A stretch of 64,000 nt of DNA from Octopus vulgaris. Lineage: Eukaryota. The stretch's first letter is position 1. Each line of letters begins with the position of its first letter. The position numbers and the translations under genes were made by a program. The DNA lies in the NCBI GenBank assembly GCA_951406725.2, contig OX597817.1, positions 5,270,001 to 5,334,000 of the forward strand. The letters are read 5' to 3'. The notes under the pieces are model-generated. The model ran no database searches. It worked only from the letters and a program-made list of their open reading frames with translations, and was not told the origin of the DNA. Shown here in pieces: positions 12,295 to 26,207 of the stretch.

Positions 12295-15200
12295 AGTACA
12301 TGTTTGGCTCTCAGCAAAGATTGTAACGCAATTCATGAAGTAACAAATGCAATGTATATGTCTTTATATGGACAGATCAGGAACATCTCTCCAGCTCCAC
12401 TATGAACATCAAAATATATTAATTCCAGGCCCATGTTGATGATCTCTGTTACAAATAGATTGCTTTCGTGCTTACTCTTAGCTTGTTTTAAAAGTATTAA
12501 TGTGACAAAATTACATAAATACATGCGCACGCCTACACACACATATACACACACTCACATATACAAGACAAAAGCATGTCTGTTTGTATGTTTGGATATC
12601 TAGATGCGACTATATCATGCGTTTATCCCAGTATGTATCGCTGTATTCATGTATGGATGAATGCGTGTATGTGTTCGCCGATGACGATGATATACATGTT
12701 GAAATTTTCGATCAAGGGAGATAAGCAGCCTTGTTTGAAAGATTTATATAATTTCTATTTCGGCGATTCTATTGGTTTTTTTCCCCCTCTTACCAGAAGC
12801 ATCCTCATATTAAAACCGGATTATCAGTTATCGAGAAACTGAATGTAATCCATTCAACAGTCATTCAATAATGACAGGACAGGTATTCACTTCCAGTTTT
12901 GTTTAGGAGTTAAGCGGATAAACTATTAATCCTCTCTTTTTGAATAATACGATAGCTTATTAAAGTTTGTTTTATATTTTTTGTTTTGATTTATTTCTAC
13001 AATTTGTCAACTAAATAGATAACTATTCTTGAAAATAGCTTTCCATTCAACATGGTATGATTACACATATTAAAAATGCTGTATAACTACATGAATAACA
13101 TATAATAACAATGGTTTAATAGTGCTACAAGGCGGTGGACGGCAAAACCTGTAAAGCACCACCCAAAATGATTTCGTACACTTAGTTATATACAGGAATT
13201 CTTTTTCATATTCCGAGATCAAATCATACTAGTATTGATTTTGAATTTTTATACTAACAAAAAACCTACCTCTAAACTATTCTATCTGGATTTAACCGAT
13301 GAACTAGACTGGCACATTTGACTGAGCATCAAATATAATACCTCCGAATATTTGTTTCCGCACTCTGAAGTCAACTTTTTATTTCGTGTTTTCAGTGTAA
13401 CTCCTTCTCCCTATATCTGTCACATTTTGGTTATTACTTTGTATCAATTGTAAGCGTACCGCACGGGTGACTGTTTGGCTTGCAACTACAAGGACACAAA
13501 AACACCTTTAGAAAAAACTTGGTATATATACTAATAGCAAGTCATCGTTGATAGCATAAACCGACTGTAGCTTTTTTTTTTTATTTTCTAGCTGATATAG
13601 AAGATAACTTTTACAAAATAACTGGTCTTGTTCTTACGTTGATTAAATTTTAATAGGGTATTTAGACTTACCTGTTTACGCTGAGCTATCAAATTCAACT
13701 TTGTCTTCGTTTATCGATTAAATTAAATACCAATCAATATGTACCTTCCCCTAAATGAATAGCTTTATGCCTCATATCGAAACTATTATCATTATTTCAT
13801 CATTCTAGATCGACTAAGAAGAAGTTTTAGTGGAAATGAAACGGCATATTCAGAGAAGTAATACTTTAAAGCCCAATAAATATTTAGTTTTATTTACTTG
13901 ATTCAGCAGACTTAATATCAAAGGCATGTCATCTTACATTTTAAAACCGTAGTAAACACTCAACTACATATCTGAATTTCTCTTTTACGAAAAAGAGTCT
14001 TGTTTGGGGAAGAATTTTGAGGGGGATTTGGTGGCTTCTTTGTCGAGCGATCACTTTGTTTGTATAAACCTCTGTACACTGAACTGACAGCAACTACAGA
14101 CAACAAACATGTGACGTGGAATAAAATAAAAATCCAAGCTGTAGATGTTACACCCATTAATCTACAATTCGTGTATCCAAGATTCTCAATGTTCATTGAA
14201 ATGCTATAGTACTTAAATAATAAAGCAAAAAGTAGCTATTGATATAAATTTATATTCTTTTTCCAAAAACTGCTCTTTATTTACATTATTATGTGAGAAA
14301 TAGAAACAGTTGAACCTCATATGATAATGATAGTAATTATATATATGTATGTTTGTACGTATGTATATATGTATGTATATATGCAAGTATATGCACGCAT
14401 ACAATAATATATGAAGGTTGTGTCTGATGAATATGTTTGTAATATTTCTCAACATATGAAATTATTAGTAGCTCTTAAAGACACGCATTGTGTCCTTTAA
14501 ATAAATATTTATCTTCTACCAGATGGAACAATTTTTTGTTGGTGTTTTTATCTAGAAACAGTAATTTGTGTGAGTGTGTGAGCGTGCGCGTGCGCCTGTG
14601 TATGGAGAGAGAGAAAGAGAGAGAGAGAAAGAAAGAGTGAGAGATAGAAAGAGAAGAAGAGAGTTTATTAATTTTATATTTCTATTGCCTGAATTTAGAT
14701 ATCAACGGTGTTCTTTTCATTTTCTATTCATCTTACACTTTTCATCGATTATATGCTTTGTAGACTTACAACTTTACAGTCAAAGGGTACTAATTCTCCA
14801 TTTTCTATTTTTTTCCTTACTTTGCCCCATTCCACTGTATGAACGTAGCTTCATCTTGCTTTCTCTCCCGATTTCGCATGTTCTATGGTTTTCAGTTGTA
14901 AATTGCATAGACCATGAGCGTAGAGTCTGACGATTACTCGAAGACACTAATGTTTTAAAATCCACGTAGATAAGCTTCAATGTATGAAACTATTACTAGC
15001 TCATACTTATAAACTGTGAATATTAATCAATATTTTATTCTCTCACCATTTAGAGTACTTTTTTTCTTGATCTTACTTTAACGGAAAAGTAATCTCTACA
15101 TACATACATACATACATACATACATACATACATACATACATACATAAATACATAAGTAGATTTATCTTTTCTGAGATGTCAATAATTTATGTAATAACTT

Positions 15201-15673
15201 TGTATTGTTGGAAAACATATATAGTCTGGTTGGAATCTTACTTCAAGTTCCTGGAACTCACTTCTATAACTTTATAAGGATATTTACACCCTCTAAGATG
15301 TTTGGAAAACCTATATGAAATTTAGCTGAAGAGTACTTGACATTATATTTGCTGTAATATTTGCAGCTTTAATAAAATGTTTATAGTATGAAACAATTGT
15401 ACTAAACTACTGATCCATTCTTGTTGCTTATTTTTTGGTTACATACATACATACACACATATTAGTAAATTTCTGAGCGAGATGTAAACAGTTGCAGCAC
15501 GACATCGTGAAGTATGTTTGCCACCTAAATGTGACTGACTCATATGGGATGATGCTACTGTTGTTTATTGACCCAGGAAGACATCTCCTCCAGCTGGCTA
15601 ATGACACAATGTCTGTGTCCGATCAATATATGCGAAGGGAAATCAGTGTTCCCATCTGTAGCCTTATGTGATA

Positions 15674-15718
15674 CACAAGGACCCGGGTTTCTGAATGGTA
15701 AACACTCATCAGCGTGTG
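15674..15718 (-). ncRNA. Degenerate type I hammerhead motif
   Basis: Minus strand reads cacacg-CTGATGA-gtgtttaccattca-GAAA-cccggg-TC-cttgtg. Core intact, stem I 5/6, palindromic stem III, imperfect stem II. Confidence 0.6.
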
Positions 15719-15892
15719 ACAATCACTAGCTAGGGCTGAGAACTGATATTCCAAACGCAAAAATACTATATGGTTTTTCCAGTGCCAAACCGTCGCTGAT
15801 CTCGAAAAATGAGACACAAGCGAAATGTGTATGTATATATGTATGTATATATATATATATACACAATATGTACATACACACACACAGATATA

Positions 15893-15952
<60 letters not shown>

Positions 15953-17169
15953 GTACAATTTTAGCTGATAGTAATACAATGTAAAAGTCAATGATATTTT
16001 GGCCTTACATTTCTTTCTTAAGAGCAGGATAATAGCAAAGATAAAGCTTTTTTGTCTCTCATTGTCTTCATGGATACTCTTTATTAACAAAGAAAAAGAA
16101 AACTAAGAAATATTGAATAAAGCAAAATTAGCTAAAATAGCATTATAGCATATGCTGGGAAAAATATATAAATTAAATAAAATAAAAATGCAATCCAATT
16201 TAGAGCGAAGATTAAAATCTGAAAATAATGTATATGTTTTTAAAAACAAAATTGTAAAACTATAGACAAATGCTGTCTGTCATACAGGTTCTAATTATGA
16301 TATGCTAACATGTGCTTGCTTGTAATTATACAATAAACTCTTCTTTACCAAATGAATAAGAGACACTTACAGACACACTTGAAATTTTATCAGCCAACTG
16401 GTGCAATTTTAATTAATTAAAATACATTTAATCACCAAATAAATTAAGTTAGCAGCAATCTTATAATTTGGTTTTTATTGGGGAGTATTGCTCTGCTTGT
16501 TTGTTGCTAAAATATTTTTTTTAAATCATCACAGTACCAGCATCTTCTCACAAGCGAATGTAGCATGGTGGTATGTACCATCTTTCACTAATTGTTTTGC
16601 GTACCCTTATTCTAACTGAAGACTTCTAGATGCGACAACTGGAGAAAAAGAGAGAGAGAGGGGGACGGCGTGCCTTCTACACTATGTAGGTGCTCATTCT
16701 CAACAGAGCAGGCTGAAGCAAGCTGAAACAAAAAGCGTTTCTCAAAAACACAACGTTAACCTGGAGGCTACAAACTTCTACATAAGCCATCACACCGCTC
16801 ACTGCTTATTCACAAAATATTTTCCTAAATACTCATCGTTTCTCACTTACATGTAAACACCTTTATTCTGTGATTTCCTAAAATTGATCCCTGTCAAGAT
16901 TTGTCATTGCACAGTTAAGATTAGACACACTTTTCAACAGATTTCATTTTTAATAAATCAATATTGTGTAGTGCTCCCTCAGTCTTTGCTTAATCAAATT
17001 TTATCATTAAACTGATCAGTATTCCTTTTCTCCATGGCCGCAATATCTTGACTCACTACATTAAGTGAGTAGAATAGAGTATCCTTGACTTTTCTACTTC
17101 AATTTCTAGGTTGTCATATATGCGTATATGTTTGCATGTAAATATGTATGTATATCTATGTTTATGTTT

Positions 17170-18296
17170 TTATAAGTATGCTCTCTCCTGTTTTTAATCG
17201 TTCAAATTCTTCCTCTGGAAAGGGTGCTAGCTTCTAACCAATATACAAAGGTCTATAATTGGAAAGTAGATACCAGAAACAAGGTCACATTAAAACTTTA
17301 GAAAAGTATTGCTTATTTTCACTTTTCCAGTGCGAGTTAGTTTGTTGATTTCTTTTTCTGAAAACATTAACCTATCCAGACTGCCAGTTAAGCATTTACT
17401 CAAGAAACCAATTCCACCAATTAATATTGCTATAAATGTAAGTTTTTACTCTTTATACCGAAGCTGGAGGATTCGAAGAAGTCTTTCATAATTACTTTCT
17501 CTTTGATTTTCAAACAGATATTCACATCAGCAGTACAGCATGATGTTTTGATGGGAATGTTCCACAAGTATTCCTTGTGTTGATGTTTGTGTACACATTC
17601 ACTAACAATGGGATTTCTATACTTATTCCAGGACAGTATTTTTGTTTTTCCAGATGACCTTGTATATTGTTTCTGCGATAACGTCGTGTCGCACAGGGAG
17701 AAAGGACCTTGACGACACTGTTGGGCCACTGCTAATCACATATGTAATGTCTTCCACAGAAATGTGACATTATCTACAATTTTCACTGTCTCTATTGTTT
17801 ATTACGTAATTATTACTAATATTCTCTTCTTGAATTGTAAATTCATTGCCTTCGAAGTGGAACGTGGTGTAGTGGTCACCAGTTAAAAAGTTGCTTCGCT
17901 TCCTGTCATTATTACTGTATTCTTCAAGTCTTCGGACAACATACCTTTGAATGTTTTTTACTTTTAATTTTTTGGTATACTAAGCTTTCCACATCTGGCT
18001 GTTTTGTGGTTGTTTGGTAGATCATCAAGAAGAGAGTCCTTCCTGAGGAGTTCGCTGCCGATACGTAGGACATCGTTCTCTTCACTTTCCAGCAAAAAAG
18101 TTAATGTATTTATTTTCTCTGTCTGAAAGAGACAACACGACATTTGGAGGCGGTTCGTACTGATCTGAATCTTCTTCCTCTTTTATTTCTTCTCAGTTAC
18201 AGCTTGTCGAATGAACCTATAGTATTCAGCCAATTCTTTCTTTCATTCTTGGTTACATGATTTTCACCGTGCTATAGCACACCAAATTGGTATGTC
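17170..18296 (-). mobile_element. R4/Dong-like LINE 3' remnant (CCHC knuckle and restriction-like endonuclease region), many stops and frameshifts
   Basis: Minus-strand fragments KRGRRFRSVRTASKCRVVS, YTTFHFEGNEFTIQEENIS, EDITYVISSGP..SLCD, EYLWNIPIKTS..ADVNICLKIKEK, LIGGIGFL..NTFLKF*. DNA-level homology to 31030-31400. Confidence 0.7.
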
Positions 18297-18396
18297 AGTT
18301 GGAACGGAACATCCATAGTGTTTCTGGATATAAATATATACATCTGTTTGTTTTGAACACCACCTGCCTTCGTCTTTTGTCTTTTTCGTAAACTCT

Positions 18397-18457
<61 letters not shown>

Positions 18458-18483
18458 ATATTGTATATATATGTATTTGTATA

Positions 18484-18545
18484 AATGGCGGTGCCCCAGC
18501 ATGGCCACAGCTCATGAGCTGAAACTAGAATCAATCAATCAATCA
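18484..18545 (+). mobile_element. Extreme 3' end of a LINE (same family as 20433-21032) with (AATC)n tail, inside (TA)n
   Basis: aatggcggtgccccagcatggccacagctcatgagctgaaactaga differs by 1 nt from 20980-21025. Confidence 0.85.
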
Positions 18546-18569
18546 TATATATATATATATATATATATT

Positions 18570-18619
<50 letters not shown>

Positions 18620-18649
18620 AACCGATAGAAATCTCTAAAAAATTCGTTA

Positions 18650-18710
18650 TTACCGTATTGGTCCAATTTCGGGGTTAATTCACAAGAAATTGTCCCCTCT
18701 TCAGCGGCAA
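18650..18710 (-). ncRNA. Type I hammerhead ribozyme motif (intact core)
   Basis: Minus strand reads ttgccg-CTGAAGA-gggg-acaatttcttgtgaattaa-cccc-GAAA-ttg-gac-caa-TA-cggtaa. Stems I, II and III all pair; AUA triplet. Confidence 0.85.
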
Positions 18711-19055
18711 ACACGCGAGATATAAATGAAATACTTATTCATACCCATGGACGAAGCAAGCACCAAGTCCTGAGCAGACTTAAGTGCCCCAAATATATCA
18801 AAAATACCTTTAAAGGCATTTTTTGATATGCTGGCCATTGATAAAACTTTTTTCCCGGAAAAAAAAAAAAAATTATCCTATATTAATTATAAATTGATTA
18901 GTGTTCACTTCCGGATTCTATCACTCTGTGAAAGTTTCTAGTTCGAATCACACGTGTCTCGAGGTGCACCGAAGATTTTTCTATTTTGGATATATTTGGG
19001 GTACTTAAATCTGCTCAGGACTTGGTGCTTGCTCCTTCCGTGGGTATGAATAAGT

Positions 19056-19394
19056 AAAGGGTAAAGACCCCCTTCGGTCATGAATGACCATGGGATTGCA
19101 CCTAGAAAGTTACCCTCCTAGACACAAGTCCGGGCAAGGTTGTTTATGGAAAGCCAGCAGTCGCCCATGCATACCAGCCTCCCATCTCCACGCCACCAGT
19201 GTTATCCAAGGGAAAGACAAAAGTCGATACAGCTTGGCACCTGTGACGTCGCAACTCATTTCTACAGCTGAGTGAACTGGAGCAACGTGAAATAAAGTGC
19301 CTTGCTCAAGGACACAACACCCAGCCCTGTCCGGGATTCGAGCTCACAACCTCACGATCGTAAGCTCGACGCTCTAACCACTGAGCCATGCGCC
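19056..19394 (-). mobile_element. tRNA-headed SINE, family B
   Basis: rc head ggcgcaTGGCTCAGTGGttagagcg...gagCTCGAATCCcgg (A/B-box-like); body shared with 45403 and 59966. Confidence 0.88.
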
Positions 19395-19412
19395 CATTTA
19401 TATCTCGCGTGT

Positions 19413-19473
19413 TTGCGGCTGAAGAGGGGAAAATTTCTTGTGAATTAACCCCGAAATTGGACCAATACGGTAA
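19413..19473 (+). ncRNA. Type I hammerhead motif, second copy (one stem-I mismatch)
   Basis: ttgcgg-CTGAAGA-gggg-aaaatttcttgtgaattaa-cccc-GAAA-ttggaccaa-TA-cggtaa. Confidence 0.78.
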
Positions 19474-19692
19474 TAACGAATTTTTTAGAGATTTCTATCG
19501 GTTTCTTTCGAGACGCATAAATGTAATGGTTATCGACAATTTTTTGTTTCGGCGTATCTGGCATTAGAATTTTTCTTCTGTCCTTATCTTGTAAATTATG
19601 TATAAATTTTACCTTTAAAGGCATTTTTTGATATGCTGGCCATTGATAAAAACTTTTTTGCCGGAAAAAAAAAATATTTATCCTATATTATA

Positions 19693-19755
<63 letters not shown>

Positions 19756-20432
19756 GTGTGTCATGTATGTATGTATGTACGTATGTATATATGTGTATGT
19801 ATGTATGTGTTAGTGGTTTCCAGTAAAAAGTCAGTTTCTTATACCAGGATCAAACCATTAGATCTCTCCCCGGTGCGTTCCCGTCATGCAGTTTGTCTAC
19901 AGCTATGGTGAAAGTTTTCGGGTCATTTGCATACTTTTTACTGTTGATGCTGATATAGTATTCTCTTCTAACTGCATTTAGACACGATGTATTAAGTTTG
20001 AAATCCTACTTTTGTTCCAGATTGTCAAACATACGTGTGTTTTTACGTGTGATAGTTGTTGTGTATATATTGGTACTAATATTCCAGTAATTGATATCAC
20101 ATGGTTCCATATGCTCTCTCATCGACATCGTCCATAACTTTCAACATTTGAGCTGTTGGAAGTTTTCTTAATCTTGTTAAGAATGACCTCTCGCTTAAGA
20201 GTTGTTTCTAAAATGTAGAAAAGTTTTCTATGAACTGTGGTTTCAGGATGTTTCTAAGTTGAATATATCTTACGGTTGTCTCTGTTGAATCAGTTACATT
20301 TACAGAAACAGAAACAATTGGCCAGTTCTCAGCGTTGTGAAAATCGATTTACATTACGAAAGCAAACCATTTTTTGCCAATGCTGTTTCGCAGTAAAGGT
20401 GCTTAAGTATTTTTTAAATGCTTCATGAGCAT

Positions 20433-21032
20433 GACTATTACTCTCAGCTATGGTCACCACCCAGTGTCAAATTAATCTCAGAACTTGAGGCAATCCAACG
20501 AAGCTACACGAAGAAGATAGCCTCTATGCAGCATATAAGCTATTGGGAAGTACTCAAGAGATTAAGGCTTTATTCCTTAGAGCGTTGGCGAGAATTATAT
20601 GCCATAATATACATCTGGAAGATCCTGGAAGGGCTTGTCCCAAACTTTGGCATCGAGAGTTACACAAATACTAGAACTGGGCGCCACTGCATAGTGCCAA
20701 GGACTCCAAATTTGCCATCAAGATGTAGGACAAATACTGCGGTAGCCTGGGCTTCAGAGGTCCACAGCTCTTCAATATCCTCCCGAAGGACCTGAGAGAC
20801 CTGCATGGGGTGGATGCAGATGTCTTTAAAATAAAACTGGACCTCTTCTTGTCGGGTATCCCAGATGAACCAACTTCACGGCAGGAGGTGCAGATGAGGG
20901 CAGCTGCATCAAACTCTCTCATGCACCAAATGTCAATTGCTAAAAAGCATTCGTGAAGTAAAATCATGTAGCAACACCGAATGGCGGTGCCCCAGCATGG
21001 CCACAGCTCGTGAGCTGAAACTAGATGAAATG
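20433..21032 (+). mobile_element. 5'-truncated CR1/L2-group LINE 3' fragment (frameshifted)
   Basis: DYYSQLWSP..LEAIQRSYTKKI..LRLYSLERWRELYAIIYIWKILEGLVPN, then SLGFRGPQLFNILPKDLR..FKIKLDLFLSGIPDEP. Homologous to the C-terminus of ORF 39812-42220. Confidence 0.88.
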
Positions 21033-21233
21033 GATTCGATAGAAGTGTTTTCACGGGACATTTCATAGCATCGAAGTAGATTTTGGGTTAGATGTAAAGT
21101 CCAAGTACAATGAGGAGAATACTTACGTATTCTCTGAAAGCTTTCTAGCGGTGTAGTTTTGTTTTCGTCGATAGTGTTGTTATTTATTTCAGCCATAATG
21201 GAGTTAGCGAAATCATACGTGATATAACTCTCT

Positions 21234-21628
21234 CTCTTTTACTCTTTTACTTGTTTCAGCCATTTGACTGCGGCCATGCTGGAGCACCGCCTTTAGTCGA
21301 GCAAATCGACCCCGAGACTTATTCTTTGTAAGCCCAGTACTTATTCTATCGGTCTCTTTTGCCGAACCGCTAAGTGACGGGGACGTAAACACACCAGCAT
21401 CGGTTGTCAAGCAATGCTAGCGGGACAAACACACACATACATATATATATATATATACATATATACGACAGGCTTCTTTCAGTTTCCATCTACCAAATCC
21501 ACTCACAAGGCATTGGTCGTCCCGGGGCTATAGCAGAAGACACTTGCCCAAGGTGCCACGCAGTGGGCCTGAACCCGGAAATATGTGGTTGGTTAGCAAG
21601 CTACTTACCAAACAGCCACTCCTGCGCC
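21234..21628 (-). mobile_element. tRNA-headed SINE, family A (internal CA/TA microsatellite)
   Basis: rc head ggcgcaggagtggctgtttggtaagtagcttgc..ccgggttcagg; tail ggcggtgctccagcatggccgcagtcaaatggctgaaacaagtaaaagag; five copies in the window. Confidence 0.9.
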
Positions 21629-22470
21629 TATAGGTATATTTATTTTAAAATCTGGGCTGAATAACGCCATGTTGATAAGTAAAAGGTGTTTCTCTTATTT
21701 GTATTGGAAGAAATAAACCCGTTTCTGATTTAAGCTGGAGGAGTCGGCATAAATGTATGAGAAGACGTTCAAAAAGAGAATTTAAACGGTCATGTACGCT
21801 CGCATGTCTGATGTTGATGCCATCTTGTATGTATGTATGTATGCATGTATGTATGTATGTATGTATGTATGTATGTATGTATGTATGTATGTATGTATGT
21901 ATGTATGTGTATGTATGTATGTGTGTGTGTGTATGTGTGTGTGTGTATGTTTGTGTGTCTATGTATATTTGTACATATGAATGCCAGTATGAATGTCATT
22001 GCGTATGAATCCATCTGGATTTATGTATATGTACACATAAATATGATCTATTTCTTTCTATGTGAAAGCATATGCAAATTCTACACATATTCCACATGTT
22101 TTTAAGATTGTTCCATTAGTGAGTTATAATTGGTTGTGTAATTAGCCTCCACTTTTCCTGATATTCTGAAGCCGAGTTAACTAAAAGTTGTCGAGATAAT
22201 CCGCTGTAAGGTAAAATACTTGAATAATCAAAGGTAAAATGTTATAGTTCGAATATAAGACTACGTAGAGTTCTAAGTGGTTTGCTGCAGATGTTTTCTT
22301 TTTAGCAATTATGTTAAAGTCTATTGAACATCTGATTTTTATTGTATAATAAAGTATATAATTTCTTTACACTGTCTTAGAGCAGTATGTCTGGTCTTTT
22401 AGATTTTAGATTTAGATTTTACAATGTTTCAGAATGAACATTTCATGTATATATTGTATGATATATACCG

Positions 22471-22880
22471 TTTACTCTTTTACTTGTTTCAGTCATTTCA
22501 CTGTGGCCATGCTAGAGCACCGCATTTAGTCGAGCACGTTGACACCAGGACTTATTCTTTGTAAGCCTCGTACTTATTCTATCAGTCTTTTTTGCCGAAC
22601 CGCTAAGTTACGGGGACGCAAACAGACCAGTATCGGTTGTCAAGCGATGTTCGGGGGACAAACACAGACACACAAACATATACACACACATACATATATA
22701 TACATATATATACATATATATATACGACAGGCGTCTTTCGGTTTCCATCTACCAAATCCGCTCACAAGGCTTTGGTTGGCCCGAGGGTATAGTAAAAAAC
22801 ACTTGCCCAAGGTGCCACGCAGTGGGACTGACCCGGAACTATGAAGTTCGTAAGCAAGCTACTTACCACACAGCCTCTCC
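22471..22880 (-). mobile_element. SINE family A
   Basis: Colinear with 21234-21628. Confidence 0.9.
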
Positions 22881-22884
22881 TTTA

Positions 22885-23434
<550 letters not shown>

Positions 23435-24246
23435 CATACATACATACATACATACATACATACATACATACATACATACAGACAGACAGACAGACAGATA
23501 GACAGACAGATAGACAGACAGACATACATACATACGCACATAATACACACTTGCACAAGAGGAACTTTAATTTTCTTATAGTTTTCTTGGTGAACCAGAT
23601 TACTTCTGCATCTCTAACAGTTTCGTGCAGTTGACGAATTGCTGAAAATCTAATAATATGCAGGGTGTTGGGTTCGGGATTGTATCGTTGTAACTTTGAT
23701 TGCTATATCGAGCAATACATTTCAACCTTAATCACAGTCGCGCTTTATTTCATGTTGGCCTTGTCTGCACAGTTAAAAATGACTACCGACATAGTATTAA
23801 TTTAGCCTTCCCTACCGCTTGCTCTCTCATTTTCCATGACCCGCTAGGTGAACCAAATGGTAGAACCGTGAGTGTCTTAATGTCTGTCTGCGGCAACAAA
23901 ATCAGTGAAAAAAACATTTTATCGAAAGAATAGTACGAACTACTATACAATACCCACTTCGTCGTGAGTCAACATCGACACACTCTCGAACTTTTTCACC
24001 TTTGACACTGTGGAATATCCAGGATATAACAATTGGATAGATAGAGCATTCCGTCAGTATCTAACTGGGATTTTATTTATCAACACCGAAAGGAAGACTA
24101 AAAAGTTGGCATCGGCGTGATTTGAACTTAGATCGTACGGATTCGAAACAAATAACGTAACAGACTCTCTTTCAGTTTTATGGTTTTGCTAATCCTATTT
24201 TCCAGAGATGTGGATTTCTTCCGTCGCTACACTGAGATTTTCATTT

Positions 24247-24298
<52 letters not shown>

Positions 24299-24818
24299 AT
24301 ATTGATATATGTATGTGTGCATGTGTATATGTGTGCGTTTGTTTGGATGTGTCAATGGATGCGTGTGTAGTGTGTGTGTGTTTATGTATGTATGTGGTGG
24401 GAATTCTTGCTGGTTGTTGTTAGCTGTCATTGTTAACACTTGTAGAAGTATTACAACATTTCCGACGCAGTTATTTTAAATTATATGTCTTCCTATTACA
24501 CAATTACTAAGTGGATTATTGCGTTTATTTAGAATTAATTTGTTGCTACTTGTAATATTATAATTCCATTAAAACAGCACGAACTTTGCTAGAACATTAT
24601 TTGTTATTGTTGTTGCTTCAATTATACGGGGAATTCATTATCAGTAATATTCCGTACAGGTTCTGTTCTAAAGGGAATAATTTTACTTTTACTTTTACTG
24701 CCTCATTTTTTTTTTTTTTTAGTTTCGAGGGAACCTATATGTGTTTTCTTGATCTTTTAGAAGTAACAGCTAAATTTCCTTAAAATTGCACACTACTGCT
24801 TTAAAAATAGAAAACATG

Positions 24819-25257
24819 GGATCTTATCGGTTTGAACGGCAGTTTTTTTTTTTCTAACGGTGTCATATGAAATTGTCACCCATAATTATGACCCTAGTAT
24901 CGATCTATTGCATTTCAATCTGTTTTAGGATTAGGGTTAGTTAGGGTTAGAGTTACGGGTGGGGGGAAGGGTATCTTTTTTTCTTCACAAATGTAAATAA
25001 ATCCAATCTGTTTCTTAAACGAGGGACATATTCATACGGCATATAATGTTTTTTACCTCAATACACGTCACTGATTGGTTGAAATTGTAGAAATTGAAGA
25101 AAAAACAACAACAAATATCTTACAAACTATAGAATTTTCTCAATAAAGCCAAGAGAAAAAGATGTTTTATAAATACATTCTACCAGTATACGAAGTTTAA
25201 AATTTTTTAGTTACCTAGAAATTATTTTAAAAACTGCCGTTCAAACAGAAAAGATCC
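24819..25257. mobile_element. MITE with GGATC termini and perfect 8-bp TSD
   Basis: TIRs ggatcttatcggtttgaacggcagttttt / aaaaactgccgttcaaacagaaaagatcc; TSD AAAACATG at 24811-24818 and 25258-25265. Confidence 0.9.
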
Positions 25258-25805
25258 AAAACATGATATGCTGTGTCCTATATACACAAATACATAAAAG
25301 CATAGTATTTGGTGGTGATACCTGCAGCAGATTCGATCTACTATACTAGACTTAACCTGAGACAAAACATGATGTTAACATACGAAATGAGAAACGCTTC
25401 TTTTTTGTTTCATTTTTATTTAGACTAGCGATTCTTACAATGACTGACATGAGACCTGCAATCTGCTAATATGTTCTTTCACTGATTTTTCACTCACAAG
25501 AATTTAGCCACGCTGCAGTACAGTATATAGTTGACATAACAGATCCTAATATTTGGACGCGTCCAAATACCACAAATTACATTGTCCAAGCCTCTGCTGA
25601 TTCGGTCATTTCCCCTAACGTAGATGACATTTATTGATATATATGTGTACTGTGTGTCAACAGCAAATTTGAATATATCCACAACTAGAATTTTTGTAGA
25701 ATGCATAATTCTTTTTTATTTATTTAGGCTGCGTGTTAAGTAATATCCATGGACCAATGAGTGATCTCGAAATAGGAGTGAAATTTCTTTCAAAATATCC
25801 TCTAC

Positions 25806-26207
25806 GGAGTGGCTGTGTGGTAAGTAGCTTGTTTACCAACCACATGGTTCCGGGTTCAGTCCCACTGCGTGGCACCTCGGGCAAGTGTCTTCTGCTATAG
25901 CCAGGGGCCGACCAATGCCTTGTGAGTGGATTTGGTAGACGGAAACTGAAAGAAGCCTGTCTAATATATGTATATATATATATATGTATGTGTGTGTATA
26001 TGTTTGTGTGTCTGTGTTTGTCCCCCCACCATCGCTTGACAACCGATGTTGGTGTGTTTACGTCCCCGTCACTTAGCGGTTCGGCAAAAAGAGATCGATA
26101 GAATAAGTACTGGGCTTACAAAGAATAAGTCCCGGGGTCGATATGCTCGACTAAAAGGCGGTGCTCCAGCATGGCTGCTGTCAAATGACTGAAACAAGTA
26201 AAAGAGC
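25806..26207 (+). mobile_element. SINE family A
   Basis: ggagtggctgtgtggtaag...gggttcagtccc...ggcggtgctccagcatggc...gaaacaagtaaaagag. Confidence 0.92.

Larger units (their letters stand above)
18619..19690 (+). mobile_element. Non-coding Penelope-like terminal module (inverted plus direct duplication) in (TA)n, interrupted by a SINE
   Basis: 18619-18806 is the reverse complement of 18982-19055 plus 19395-19505; 18805-18885 is directly repeated at 19610-19690; both inverted arms carry a hammerhead. Confidence 0.8.

Noticed and set aside
19320-19394. tRNA-like sequence with A and B boxes
   Set aside because: Head of a multi-copy SINE that continues into the SINE body; not a stand-alone tRNA gene
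24925-24960. Possible telomere or telomere fusion site
   Set aside because: Only a few degenerate hexamers, and they are internal to a MITE
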